Source: an uncultured Collinsella sp. (lineage in GTDB: Bacteria; Actinomycetota; Coriobacteriia; Coriobacteriales; Coriobacteriaceae). Taken from it: 64,000 bases of DNA. The position numbers and the translations under genes are program-made. The notes beneath the pieces were generated by a model that did not search any database, was not told where the DNA came from, and saw nothing but the letters and a program-made list of their open reading frames with translations. Positions 36,731-46,382 of this stretch are shown here, piece after piece (the stretch's first letter is position 1; each line of letters opens with the position of its first letter). Location: the NCBI GenBank assembly GCA_900754075.1, contig CAAEBN010000017.1:10688-74687 (forward strand). Direction: 5' to 3'.

Positions 36731-38253
36731 TGGCGTTCGAGACGTTTGCCGTACACGCGGCCTGCATCCGCGGCGTCGAGGCAATTCCCGTCACCGTCGA
36801 GGTCTCGCTTGCCGGTGGCGTTCCGGGCATCCAGATGCTCGGCATTCCGAGCATGGAGGTGATGGAGTCGCGCGGGCGTATCCGGTGCGCCATGCGCTCG
36901 GCAGGCTTCGAGATCCCACGCTCTGGCATTACCGTCAACCTGGCACCCGGCGATATCCGTAAAACTGGCAGCGGTTTTGACCTGCCGATTGCCATCGCGG
37001 TTCTGGCGGCCGATGGGCAGATTCCCCGTGACAACCTCGATCGTTGCCTTATCGCAGGAGAGCTAGGTCTGGACGGCACGGTGCTACCCGTCAAGGGCGA
37101 GGTGGCGTTTCAGCTGTTGGCGCGCGATATGGGGCTTTCCTTTATTGCCGGCAGGTCCGATCAGCATGTCCCGCTTGCGGGTGTGGACTGCGGGTTTATC
37201 GACCACCTATCTCAGCTTGCCCATGGCATGGGGGATGCCGCACGGCATTACCTGGATTCTGAAGTGCTCGAGGCGACCTTTGAGCCCGAGCTCGATTATG
37301 CCGACGTGCTGGGGCAGGAGGTCGCCAAGCGCGGCATGGCGCTTGCGGCCGCCGGCGAGCTCGGCCTGCTCATGATCGGCTCGCCCGGTTCGGGCAAGAC
37401 CATGCTTGCGCGGCGCATGACAGGCATTTTGCCCGAGCTTTCTCTCGAGGATCAGCAAGAGGCACTGTGCATCCATTCGGTCTTGGGCGAGAACATCGAT
37501 GGACTGCTTGCGGGGCATCGCCCCTTCCGCAGCCCCCATCACAGTATTTCGACCGCGGGACTCATCGGCGGCGGGCGTCCGGTGCATCCGGGCGAAATTA
37601 GCCTAGCTCATGGCGGCGTGCTCTTTTTGGATGAGCTCGCCGAGTTTCCCACCGGCGTGCTGCAGACGCTGCGTCAGCCCATCGAGCGCGGTTACGTAAG
37701 GATCGTGCGCGTTGACGGGGCCTTTACGTTCCCGTCGCGCTTTCAGCTGCTAGCTGCGAGCAATCCCTGCCCCTGCGGATTTTTGGGAGATCGCGAAGTG
37801 CCGTGTCGCTGTTCCGCGTCGATGGTCGAGCGCTACCGGGGCAAGTTGCGCGGTCCTTTGGCTGATCGTATCGACATGATGATCGATGTGACCCGCCCCG
37901 ATCCTCAGGTGATCATTGAGGGCGCGGAGGGTATGTCATCGGCCGAGCTGCGCGATTACGTCGTGCGTGGGCGCGCCTTTCGCGCCTGGCGTGAATCCCG
38001 TATGGACGATGCGGACACCGAGGCCGAGGAAGACGAGTCGCGGTCCATTGACGGCGTCGTTTCGACCTTTGGGCTTGATGAGGCTGCCGAGAAATGCGTG
38101 CTCGGCCTGTCGAGGCGCACACATCTCACGGGTCGCGGCATCGTGCGCCTGGTACGCATCGCACGCACGATCGCCGATGTCGCCGAAAGCGAACGGGTAT
38201 CGCAGGATCACGTGCTCGAGGCGGCGATGTATCAGGGAAGGAGGGACCAATAA
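36730..38253 (+). CDS. comM: Mg-chelatase-like AAA+ ATPase YifB/ComM
   Basis: Lon-like N-domain, AAA+ Walker A GSPGSGKTMLARR, Walker B LFLDELAEF and ChlI C-terminal domain. ATG overlaps the yraN stop (TGATG). Confidence 0.9.
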   Translation: MAFETFAVHAACIRGVEAIPVTVEVSLAGGVPGIQMLGIPSMEVMESRGRIRCAMRSAGFEIPRSGITVNLAPGDIRKTGSGFDLPIAIAVLAADGQIPRDNLDRCLIAGELGLDGTVLPVKGEVAFQLLARDMGLSFIAGRSDQHVPLAGVDCGFIDHLSQLAHGMGDAARHYLDSEVLEATFEPELDYADVLGQEVAKRGMALAAAGELGLLMIGSPGSGKTMLARRMTGILPELSLEDQQEALCIHSVLGENIDGLLAGHRPFRSPHHSISTAGLIGGGRPVHPGEISLAHGGVLFLDELAEFPTGVLQTLRQPIERGYVRIVRVDGAFTFPSRFQLLAASNPCPCGFLGDREVPCRCSASMVERYRGKLRGPLADRIDMMIDVTRPDPQVIIEGAEGMSSAELRDYVVRGRAFRAWRESRMDDADTEAEEDESRSIDGVVSTFGLDEAAEKCVLGLSRRTHLTGRGIVRLVRIARTIADVAESERVSQDHVLEAAMYQGRRDQ

Positions 38254-39185
38254 TGGGCGAGAAGAGCTTTGAACTGCATCCCACGGATGCGTTGTATCCC
38301 GACACCGTATTGGAGCTTCCGGATGTGCCCGAGACCCTCTACGTTCGCGGCGACCCTGCCGTTTTATCGACGCCCGCGCTTTCTATCATCGGTGCTCGCA
38401 AGGCATCGCCGTACGGTCTCGCCGTGGCAGAGCTTGCGGCAAAGGTGGCGGTGGAGGCGGGGGTGACGGTGGTCTCGGGCGGTGCGGTCGGCTGTGACCA
38501 GGCGTCAGGTTGGGCTGCGGTCAACGCCGGGGGCAAACACGTCGTGGTACTGGGGACGGGTGCCGATGTTGTCTATCCGCGCTCGAGTGCCGGCCTCATC
38601 ACGCGCACACTCGATACGGGCGGCGCGGTCGTTTCGATTTCGCCGTGGGGTATGGGACCGCGTAAGTTCGCCTTTCCGCGGCGCAATCGCGTAATCGCCG
38701 CCTTGTCGCAGGCGCTCTTTGTTTCCGAGGCGGGCATGCCCTCGGGTACATTCTCCACGGCGGAGGCCGCTATGGACTTGGGCCGAGAGCTCCTTGCGGT
38801 GCCGGGCTCTATCCTTTCGCCCGAGTCGCGCGGGACTAACTATCTCATCGCTAACGGAGCCTGCTGCATCATCGATGAGGAATCAATCGAGATGGCCATC
38901 TCGCGCATCTACGGCACGCTGCGCTACTCGCGTCCCGATGCACCTGGCATTGCCGATCTGGACCCAACACAGCAGACCGTGATGCACGCGCTTATCGCCT
39001 CGCCGCTCAAGGTCGACGACATTGCCGCGCTCGTCTCGCTTGATGCTGTCGGCGTGCTCAAGCTTTTGGGCTCGCTCGAGCTCGAGGGTCTTATCGAGCG
39101 CATGATGGATGGAAGGTATGCGCCCTCAAAGTTTGCGCTTCACGCCCAGACGCCCTTCGGTCACAATGGAAAGCGTGTCAATTAG
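38253..39185 (+). CDS. dprA: DNA processing protein DprA (Smf)
   Basis: Rossmann-like DprA core (…IIGARKASPYG…VVSGGAVGCDQA…) plus a C-terminal winged-helix domain. ATG overlaps the comM stop (TAATG) and follows GGAGGGA. Confidence 0.9.
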   Translation: MGEKSFELHPTDALYPDTVLELPDVPETLYVRGDPAVLSTPALSIIGARKASPYGLAVAELAAKVAVEAGVTVVSGGAVGCDQASGWAAVNAGGKHVVVLGTGADVVYPRSSAGLITRTLDTGGAVVSISPWGMGPRKFAFPRRNRVIAALSQALFVSEAGMPSGTFSTAEAAMDLGRELLAVPGSILSPESRGTNYLIANGACCIIDEESIEMAISRIYGTLRYSRPDAPGIADLDPTQQTVMHALIASPLKVDDIAALVSLDAVGVLKLLGSLELEGLIERMMDGRYAPSKFALHAQTPFGHNGKRVN

Positions 39186-39193
39186 AAAGGTGT

Positions 39194-40537
39194 TTGCAGA
39201 TGCAGTTCGATCAGGTGACGGTTATCGGTGGCGGTCTGGCGGGTTCGGAATGTGCGATCCAGCTGGCAGATCGCGGGTTTGCCGTAAAGCTGTGCGAGAT
39301 GCGCCCCCAGGTGAGCTCTCCGGCCCACCATACCGACCACCTGGCCGAGCTCGTCTGCTCAAATTCGTTTAAGTCAACCCGTCCGGATTCCGCTGCTGGC
39401 CTACTAAAGGCCGAGCTCGAGCGCATGGGTTCGGTGCTGCTCGATTGCGCCCATCGCGCGGCCGTTCCCGCCGGCGGTGCCCTGGCGGTCGATCGCGTCA
39501 AGTTTTCCGAGCTTGTCGAGGCCGAGGTTGCCGCCCGACCCAATATCGAGGTCGTGCACGGCGAGGTTACGCAGATTCCCGAGGGCCACGTGGTCATTGC
39601 CGCGGGCCCGCTGTGTTCACCGGCATTGAGCGAAGAGGTCATGAAGCTCGTCGGTGGCGACGCCTTGGCGTTCTTTGATGCTGCCGCGCCAATCGTCGAT
39701 GCCTCCACGCTCGATATGGACGTGCTGTTCTCGCAGTCGCGCTACGAGGAGCAGGGGAGCGGCGACTATCTCAACGCTCCGCTTAATAAGGAGGAGTACG
39801 AGGCCTTTTTCGAGGCACTCACCACCGCCGACCGCGTGGTGCTCAAGGACTTTGAGGGTGGCGACCTGTTCCAGGCCTGTCAGCCCGCCGAGGAAGTCGC
39901 CCGTACCGGTAAGGATGCTATCCGCTTTGGTGCCATGAAGCCCGTCGGCCTCACCGACCCGCGTACCGGACGTCGCCCTTGGGCGGCGATTCAGCTGCGC
40001 GCCGAGAACAAGGAGAAGACCGCCTACAACCTGGTGGGCTTCCAGACCAACCTGACCTTTGGCGAACAAAAGCGTGTCTTCCATATGGTTCCCGGTCTGG
40101 AGAATGCCGAGTTCTTCCGTTATGGCGTCATGCACCGCAATACCTTTGTCGATGCGCCGCACGTGCTTGACGGCACTTTTGCCGTGCCTGGCACGGGTGT
40201 GCGCCTCGCCGGTCAGATTACCGGCACCGAGGGGTACATGGAAGCGGTGGCGACCGGTCTGCTTGCTGCGCTTAACACCTATGCCGAGGCTATCGGTGTG
40301 GCTTCTGTGGAGCTTCCTCGCGTGGGCGCCCTGGGCGCGCTCGTGGGCTATGCGACCGATCCGGCAACGGTGGGCTATCAGCCCATGCACGTTAACTTTG
40401 GCTTGGTGCCACCGCTCGAGGACGGCAAGCGCCGCAGTAAACGCGACCGCTACCAGGCATATGCGGATCGCGCGCTCGAGGCCCTCGATGCCTACTTGGC
40501 CACGCGTTCCGACTTGTTTGGGGGCGACCGGTCATAG
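39194..40537 (+). CDS. trmFO: methylenetetrahydrofolate--tRNA-(uracil54-C5)-methyltransferase TrmFO (Gid)
   Basis: FAD-binding VIGGGLAGSECA and TrmFO-specific …ELVCSNSFKS… motifs. Confidence 0.9.
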   Translation: MQMQFDQVTVIGGGLAGSECAIQLADRGFAVKLCEMRPQVSSPAHHTDHLAELVCSNSFKSTRPDSAAGLLKAELERMGSVLLDCAHRAAVPAGGALAVDRVKFSELVEAEVAARPNIEVVHGEVTQIPEGHVVIAAGPLCSPALSEEVMKLVGGDALAFFDAAAPIVDASTLDMDVLFSQSRYEEQGSGDYLNAPLNKEEYEAFFEALTTADRVVLKDFEGGDLFQACQPAEEVARTGKDAIRFGAMKPVGLTDPRTGRRPWAAIQLRAENKEKTAYNLVGFQTNLTFGEQKRVFHMVPGLENAEFFRYGVMHRNTFVDAPHVLDGTFAVPGTGVRLAGQITGTEGYMEAVATGLLAALNTYAEAIGVASVELPRVGALGALVGYATDPATVGYQPMHVNFGLVPPLEDGKRRSKRDRYQAYADRALEALDAYLATRSDLFGGDRS

Positions 40538-40611
40538 CCTTTGACCTGTACGATACCGTCGACTCGTTTATCGCCTACATCGCACGTGTCGAGGGGCTCT
40601 CTCCCAATACG

Positions 40612-41454
40612 GTGACTGCCTATGGATCGCGGTTGGAGCGCTTTGCTGCCTGGTGCGAGCGTACGGGTGTCGATGCGCGTATGGCCGATGTGCGTACCGT
40701 CCGCGCATATTTGGCCGAGTTTTCGCGCGAGCAGGTGGCGCCTCGCACCATTGCCGCGCATTTGTCGGCTATTCGGTCGCTCTATCGTTGGATGGCTGCC
40801 GAGGGGATTGTCGAGGGCGATGCGGTCTCGGCGATCGCGTCGCCCAAGCTGCCGCGCGACCTGCCCGGTGTGCTGACGACCCAACAGGTCGAGGCGCTGC
40901 TCAAGACGCCTGATACTTCGACGCCCGTGGGACTGCGCGATGCGGCGATGCTCGAGCTGCTCTATGCCTCGGGTGCCCGCATCTCGGAGCTTGCCGCGCT
41001 TAACGTGGAATCCATCGCTTGGTCGGAGCGCGTGGTTCGCCTTTGGGGCAAGGGGAGCAAGGAGCGCATCGTTCCTCTGTATCGTCGCGCACTTGAGGCG
41101 ACGTGCACCTATGTCGAGGAGGGGAGACCGGTGCTGCTCGCCCAGGCAAAGCGTCGTGATGCCGCAAACGGTCCCCATCCGCTGTATATTTCTGCGCGCG
41201 GTAATCGCATGAGTGCCGCTATGCTCAGACGACGGTTCCATACGCTGGCGACGCTCGCTGGCATCCCTGCCGACATTGCCCCGCATGCGATGCGCCACAC
41301 GTTTGCGACCGATTTGCTTGAGGGCGGCGCGGATCTGCGTTCGGTTCAAGAGCTGCTGGGACATGCGAGCCTGTCCACGACGCAGATTTACACGCATCTT
41401 ACGCCCGATCGGCTTAAGCGCGCCGTGACCCAGGCCCATCCCCGGGGCGAGTAG
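40612..41454 (+). CDS. xerC: tyrosine recombinase XerC/XerD family (N-terminus probably begins further upstream, about 40540)
   Basis: C-terminal catalytic motifs (…RHTFATDLLEGGADLRSVQELLGHASLSTTQIYTHL…). The conserved N-terminal helix (AFDLYDTVDSFIAYIARVEGLSPNTVTAYG) is encoded in-frame upstream of the first canonical start (GTG 40612). Confidence 0.8.
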   Translation: MTAYGSRLERFAAWCERTGVDARMADVRTVRAYLAEFSREQVAPRTIAAHLSAIRSLYRWMAAEGIVEGDAVSAIASPKLPRDLPGVLTTQQVEALLKTPDTSTPVGLRDAAMLELLYASGARISELAALNVESIAWSERVVRLWGKGSKERIVPLYRRALEATCTYVEEGRPVLLAQAKRRDAANGPHPLYISARGNRMSAAMLRRRFHTLATLAGIPADIAPHAMRHTFATDLLEGGADLRSVQELLGHASLSTTQIYTHLTPDRLKRAVTQAHPRGE

Positions 41455-41670
41455 GCTGGGCGGCTCGTGTTGCGCTTAGGTGTGTGGTTTTGATTGCGGG
41501 TTGGCAGAAAGAGGCAATCCTGCTATCATTCATCGGGTTGCTTCACGGCAACAGGTTTTTATCACGCACGCGCGGCTACTTCATACCGTGGTGCCCGGGC
41601 TTTGGTAGCACATGTCCGGGTTGGTTTTGGAGGATGACCCCGCGCGGAGGCAAACCACAGGAGGTTTAAC

Positions 41671-42399
41671 ATGGCTACCAAGATTAATATCCGCACCCTG
41701 CTCGAGGCCGGCTGCCACTTCGGTCACCAGACCCGTCGCTGGAACCCCAAGATGAAGCCGTTCATCTTCGGTGAGCGCAACGGCATCTATATCCTCGACC
41801 TCAAGCAGACCATCCTCGACGCCGACCAGGCCTACACCTTCGTCAAGAACGTCGCCAAGGGCGGCAACGTGCTGTTCGTCGGCACCAAGAAGCAGGCTCA
41901 GGAGGCCGTCAAGAACGCCGCTGAGCGCGCCAACATGCCTTACATCAACCAGCGTTGGCTCGGCGGCATGCTGACCAACTTCGTCACCATCCGCTCCCGT
42001 ATCAACCGCATGGAGGAGCTCGAGGCCATGGTCGAGGACGGCCGTATGGCAGTGCTCCCCAAGAAGGAGCAGGCTGTGCTCGGTAAGGAGCTCACCAAGC
42101 TCCAGACCAACCTCGGTGGCGCCCGCGACATGAAGGGTCTGCCCCAGGCTCTCTTCGTCATCGACACCAAGCGCGAGGAGAACGCTATCAAGGAGGCCCA
42201 GCGCCTGAACATCCCCGTCGTCGCTCTGATCGACACCAACTCCGATCCCGACGAGGTCGAGTACGGCATCCCCTGCAACGATGACGCTATCTCCGCTGTC
42301 ACCCTTATGTGCGAGCTCATGGCTGACGCCTGCCTCGCTGGCTCCGGCAAGGAGCAGGTCTCCGAGGCCGAGATGGCCGCTGAGCCCAAGGCCGAGTAA
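41671..42399 (+). CDS. rpsB: 30S ribosomal protein S2
   Basis: [28 protein letters not shown]… S2 signature. Preceded by a ~215-nt leader. Confidence 0.95.
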   Translation: MATKINIRTLLEAGCHFGHQTRRWNPKMKPFIFGERNGIYILDLKQTILDADQAYTFVKNVAKGGNVLFVGTKKQAQEAVKNAAERANMPYINQRWLGGMLTNFVTIRSRINRMEELEAMVEDGRMAVLPKKEQAVLGKELTKLQTNLGGARDMKGLPQALFVIDTKREENAIKEAQRLNIPVVALIDTNSDPDEVEYGIPCNDDAISAVTLMCELMADACLAGSGKEQVSEAEMAAEPKAE

Positions 42400-42444
42400 A
42401 TCAGTCTTAGTTAATTCTTTTTCATCTCTTTGAAAGGAACCACA

Positions 42445-43314
42445 ATGGCCCAGATTACCGCCGCTATGGTCAAGCAGCTCCGCGAGATGACCGACTCCCC
42501 GATGATGGAGTGCAAGAAGGCTCTCGTCGAGGCTGACGGCGACATGGACGCCGCTGTCGACGTTCTGCGCAAGAACGGCCTCGCCAAGGCTGCCAAGAAG
42601 GCTGGCCGTGAGACCAACGAGGGCGCTGTCGCCGCGTTCGTCTCCGAGGACGGCAAGACCGGCGCTCTGCTCGAGCTCTCCTGCGAGACCGACTTCGTCG
42701 GCTCCAACGCCAAGTTCACCGGCTTTGCTTCCAAGGTCGCTGAGGTTGTCGCTACCACCGAGCCTGCTGACGTCGACGCTCTGCTCGAGAAGCCGATGGG
42801 CGAGGAGACCGTTTCCTCCGAGCTCACCGAGATGATTCACATCATGGGCGAGAACATGAAGATCTCCCGTTTCGCCGCCCGCAAGGCTGAGAACGGCGCT
42901 CTCGCTTCTTACATCCACATGGGTGGTAAGATCGGCGTTCTCGTCGAGTTCGCTTTCGAGAAGGCCGAGACCGCTCAGGCTGAGTCCTTCAAGACCTTTG
43001 CTCACGACGTTGCCCTTCAGGTTGCCGCCGTCGCCCCGATCTGCGCTACCCGCGATCAGGTTCCGGCTGAGACCGTCGAGCACGAGAAGCAGATCTACAT
43101 GGCTCAGGCTGCCGAGTCCGGCAAGCCCGAGGCTATCCAGGAGAAGATGGCTGTTGGCCGTCTGGAGAAGTTCTACAAGCAGTCCGTGCTCACCGAGCAG
43201 GAGTTCATCAAGGACAGCTCCCTCACCATCAAGAAGTACGCTGAGCAGGTCTCCAAGGAGCTCGGCGACACCATTACCGTCGTTGCCTTTGACCGTCTGG
43301 TCCGTGGCGAGTAA
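42445..43314 (+). CDS. tsf: elongation factor Ts
   Basis: MAQITAAMVKQLREMTDSPMMECKKAL… EF-Ts signature. ATG 42445 follows AAAGGAA. Confidence 0.95.
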   Translation: MAQITAAMVKQLREMTDSPMMECKKALVEADGDMDAAVDVLRKNGLAKAAKKAGRETNEGAVAAFVSEDGKTGALLELSCETDFVGSNAKFTGFASKVAEVVATTEPADVDALLEKPMGEETVSSELTEMIHIMGENMKISRFAARKAENGALASYIHMGGKIGVLVEFAFEKAETAQAESFKTFAHDVALQVAAVAPICATRDQVPAETVEHEKQIYMAQAAESGKPEAIQEKMAVGRLEKFYKQSVLTEQEFIKDSSLTIKKYAEQVSKELGDTITVVAFDRLVRGE

Positions 43315-43337
43315 ATAAGCTCTTGTAGCTGGTAATG

Positions 43338-43373
43338 AGCAGGCTGTGGGTTTTACTCACAGCCTGCTTTTTC
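43338..43373 (+). terminator. intrinsic terminator after tsf
   Basis: AGCAGGCTGTG-GGTTTTACT-CACAGCCTGCT followed by TTTTT. Confidence 0.85.
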
Positions 43374-43431
43374 ATGGCTCTCCGTTAAGCCTTTGATATT
43401 ATGTTATGAGTCTAATTAAAGGAGGATCGCT

Positions 43432-44154
43432 TTGTCCGACATCCGATATAAACGCGTGCTTCTGAAGCTCTCCGGTGAAGCGCTGATGGGCGATGGCAAC
43501 TACGGCATCGACCCCAAGGTTACCGATCATCTTGCCAAGCAGGTCAAGGAGCTGCTCGCCGTTGGTCATGAGGTCGGCGTCGTTGTCGGCGGCGGCAATA
43601 TTTTCCGCGGCATGGCCGGCGCCGCCGGTGGTATGGATCGCGCCCAGGCCGATTACATGGGCATGCTCGCTACCGTTATGAACGCGCTTGCCCTGCAGGA
43701 TGCCTTCGAGCACAACGATGTTCCCTGCCGCGTGATGAGCGCTATCCAGATGAACGAGATTTGCGAGCCCTATATTCGCCGTCGCGCCATCAACCACCTG
43801 TCCAAGGGCAACGTCGTTATCTTTGCCGCCGGATCGGGTAATCCGTACTTTACGACTGACACCGCCGCGGCCCTTCGCGCCTGCGAGATCGGTGCCGAGA
43901 TTCTGATTAAGGCCACCAAGGTTGACGGCATCTACGACAAGGATCCCGTCAAGTGCGCCGATGCCGTCCGTTTTGACAAGATTACCTATCACGAGGTTCT
44001 CGTCCGCGGTCTGCAGGTTATGGATTCCACGGCTACGGCACTGTGCCAGGATAACCGTATGCCGATTTTGGTCCTCAACATCGATGGCGAGGACACCGTC
44101 AAGCGCGCGCTTTCGGGTGAGCCCGTCGGCACGCTCGTCTATCAGGAGGATTAA
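43432..44154 (+). CDS. pyrH: UMP kinase
   Basis: …[13 protein letters not shown]…[10 protein letters not shown]… UMP kinase motifs. TTG start after AGGAGG. Confidence 0.95.
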   Translation: MSDIRYKRVLLKLSGEALMGDGNYGIDPKVTDHLAKQVKELLAVGHEVGVVVGGGNIFRGMAGAAGGMDRAQADYMGMLATVMNALALQDAFEHNDVPCRVMSAIQMNEICEPYIRRRAINHLSKGNVVIFAAGSGNPYFTTDTAAALRACEIGAEILIKATKVDGIYDKDPVKCADAVRFDKITYHEVLVRGLQVMDSTATALCQDNRMPILVLNIDGEDTVKRALSGEPVGTLVYQED

Positions 44155-44156
44155 GC

Positions 44157-44693
44157 ATGGCAGAGAACATCACCGCCCACATGGACAAGTCGCTCGAGTC
44201 CCTCAAGCACAACTTCTCCAAGGTTCGCACGGGTCGCGCCAACGCTAACATTCTGTCCGACATCTCGGTCGATTACTACGGTGTTCCCACGCCGGTTACC
44301 CAGGTTGCCGCCGTTAAGACTCCCGAGGCCCACATGCTGCTCATCGAGCCCTGGGACAAGGCACTCGTCAATGCTATTGTGAAGGCTATCAGCGCTTCCG
44401 ATCTGGGCATTACTCCCAACTCTGACGGTACCGTCGTGCGCCTTCCGTTCCCGGCTCCCACCGAGGAGCGTCGTCGCGAGCTCGTCAAGGAGTGCCGCGA
44501 GTATGCCGAGCAGGCCAAGGTTTCCATTCGCAACATCCGTCGTGACTTTAACAACAAGCTCGAGCGTGACGAAGAGCTCACCGAGGACGATGTCCGTCGC
44601 GAGCAGGCCAAGGTCCAGAAGCATACCGATGAGTATGTTGCCAAGGTCGAGGAGCTTCTGAAGGAAAAAGAAGCCGAGGTCATGGAGATCTAA
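44157..44693 (+). CDS. frr: ribosome recycling factor
   Basis: 178 aa RRF signature (…VRTGRANANILSDISVDYYG…). Confidence 0.95.
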   Translation: MAENITAHMDKSLESLKHNFSKVRTGRANANILSDISVDYYGVPTPVTQVAAVKTPEAHMLLIEPWDKALVNAIVKAISASDLGITPNSDGTVVRLPFPAPTEERRRELVKECREYAEQAKVSIRNIRRDFNNKLERDEELTEDDVRREQAKVQKHTDEYVAKVEELLKEKEAEVMEI

Positions 44694-44694
44694 G

Positions 44695-45489
44695 GTGCAA
44701 TACGACGAGAACAAACTGGTCGAGTACTTTGCCGACGCCCCTGCGGGCGTCGGTTTTTCCGACCTTGACCTCAATAAGATTCCGCATCATATTTCGTGCA
44801 TCATGGACGGCAACGGTCGTTGGGCCACGGCGCGCGGTCTTGCCCGCACCGAGGGCCACAAGGCAGGTATCGTCTCCCTGCGCGAGATTATTACCGCATG
44901 CGTGCGCTTGGGCGTCGACGTCCTTTCGGCCTATGCGTTTTCCACCGAAAACTGGAATCGTCCGCAGCACGAGGTCAACGTTTTGATGCATTTGTTTGCC
45001 AAGACGTTTATCGATGAGCTGCCGCTGCTTAAGCGTGAAAACGTTCGCGTTGTCTTTTTGGGCGATATTTCCGCACTGCCCAAGAAGACCCGCGATGTCT
45101 TTGAGCGAGGTCTTGCCGAGTGTGCCGACCACACCGGCATGACGCTGGCGCTTGCCGTCAACTATGGTGCCCGTGCCGAGATCACCCGTGCCGTCCGTCA
45201 GATCGCGCTCGATGCCGCCGCTGGAAAGATCGATCCCGCCGCTATCGACGATGATTTGGTTGCTTCGCATCTGTACACCGCCGGATTGCCCGATCCGGAG
45301 CTTGTGATTCGCACTTCTGGCGAGCTTCGCCTTTCGAACTATCTGCTGTGGCAGGTTGCCTATTCTGAGTTTTATGTCACCAATACCTATTGGCCCGACT
45401 TTGATCGTTGGGGTCTTGTCGACGCCATTTTGGCCTACCAGGGCCGCGACCGTAGGTTTGGTGGACTGAGCAAGACCGAGGAGGCTTAA
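44695..45489 (+). CDS. uppS: undecaprenyl diphosphate synthase (cis-prenyltransferase)
   Basis: …HISCIMDGNGRWA…SAYAFSTENWNRP… UppS motifs. Confidence 0.9.
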   Translation: MQYDENKLVEYFADAPAGVGFSDLDLNKIPHHISCIMDGNGRWATARGLARTEGHKAGIVSLREIITACVRLGVDVLSAYAFSTENWNRPQHEVNVLMHLFAKTFIDELPLLKRENVRVVFLGDISALPKKTRDVFERGLAECADHTGMTLALAVNYGARAEITRAVRQIALDAAAGKIDPAAIDDDLVASHLYTAGLPDPELVIRTSGELRLSNYLLWQVAYSEFYVTNTYWPDFDRWGLVDAILAYQGRDRRFGGLSKTEEA

Positions 45490-45491
45490 TC

Positions 45492-46382
45492 GTGTCCGAT
45501 CGTCCCAAGGCGTCTGCTCCCAAGGCGTCAACTCCCAAGGCGCCTGCCGCCAAAAGCGGCGCGGCTACGACTTCGTGGTTGGCCGGCTTTATTACCCGTG
45601 CCGCTGCAGGTATCGTCTACGCCGTTGTATTTATTCTCTGCCTGGTTTTGGGTATCGTTCCCACTGCCATCTTCGTCTCTGTCATGAGCGGCCTGTGCTG
45701 CTATGAGTTTTTCCGCATGACGAAGCTCGATGGCAAGGTGGCCAACGAGCGCCTGGGTATCGCTGCCGCCGTGCTCTTTCCGCTCTCGGCGCTGGGTGAC
45801 TCGCTGCTGTTGAATGCCCTGCTTTTTGCTCTGATGCTTGCGGTGGGCATTTGGTATGTCTGGTCGTCGCGTACCCGCATATCCGATGTAGCTGTGACGC
45901 TCATGGGTCCCATCTACACCGGTTTTATGCTGTCGGCCATCGTGCTGCTGCGCGATGCCGTGCCCGGTTTTGCCGGCGCCCTGCTTTCGGTGGGTGTTTG
46001 CGCGTCTCTCTGGGTCTCCGATTCGTTTGCCTACATCGTGGGTAGTCGTATCGGCAAGCATAAGATGGTCCCCAAGATTTCTCCAAAAAAGAGCTGGGAG
46101 GGCTTTTTCGGCGGCATCTTGGGCTCGGTTCTCATCTGGCTCATTTTGTGGGCCACGCACTTCTATAGGCTGAGCCTGCCCTATGCACTGCTGTGCGGCG
46201 TTGTTGTGTCCATCCTGGGCGTTATCGGCGACCTCATCGAGTCACGCATCAAGCGTGGCGTGGGCGTCAAGGATTCCGGCAACCTTATCCCGGGCCATGG
46301 CGGCATGCTCGACCGTAGCGACTCGCTTATCTTTGGCTGCATTACCGCGCAGCTGCTTTTGATGATCGGAGGCGTGCTGTAA
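45492..46382 (+). CDS. cdsA: phosphatidate cytidylyltransferase
   Basis: CTP-transferase signature …SWEGFFGG…KDSGNLIPGHGGMLDRSDSL…. Confidence 0.9.
   Translation: MSDRPKASAPKASTPKAPAAKSGAATTSWLAGFITRAAAGIVYAVVFILCLVLGIVPTAIFVSVMSGLCCYEFFRMTKLDGKVANERLGIAAAVLFPLSALGDSLLLNALLFALMLAVGIWYVWSSRTRISDVAVTLMGPIYTGFMLSAIVLLRDAVPGFAGALLSVGVCASLWVSDSFAYIVGSRIGKHKMVPKISPKKSWEGFFGGILGSVLIWLILWATHFYRLSLPYALLCGVVVSILGVIGDLIESRIKRGVGVKDSGNLIPGHGGMLDRSDSLIFGCITAQLLLMIGGVL

Noticed and set aside
35213-36784. 523-aa ORF on the - strand
   Set aside because: Antisense to rnhB/yraN. Shadow ORF.
41581-43083. 500-aa ORF on the - strand
   Set aside because: Antisense to rpsB/tsf, two of the most conserved genes in the window.
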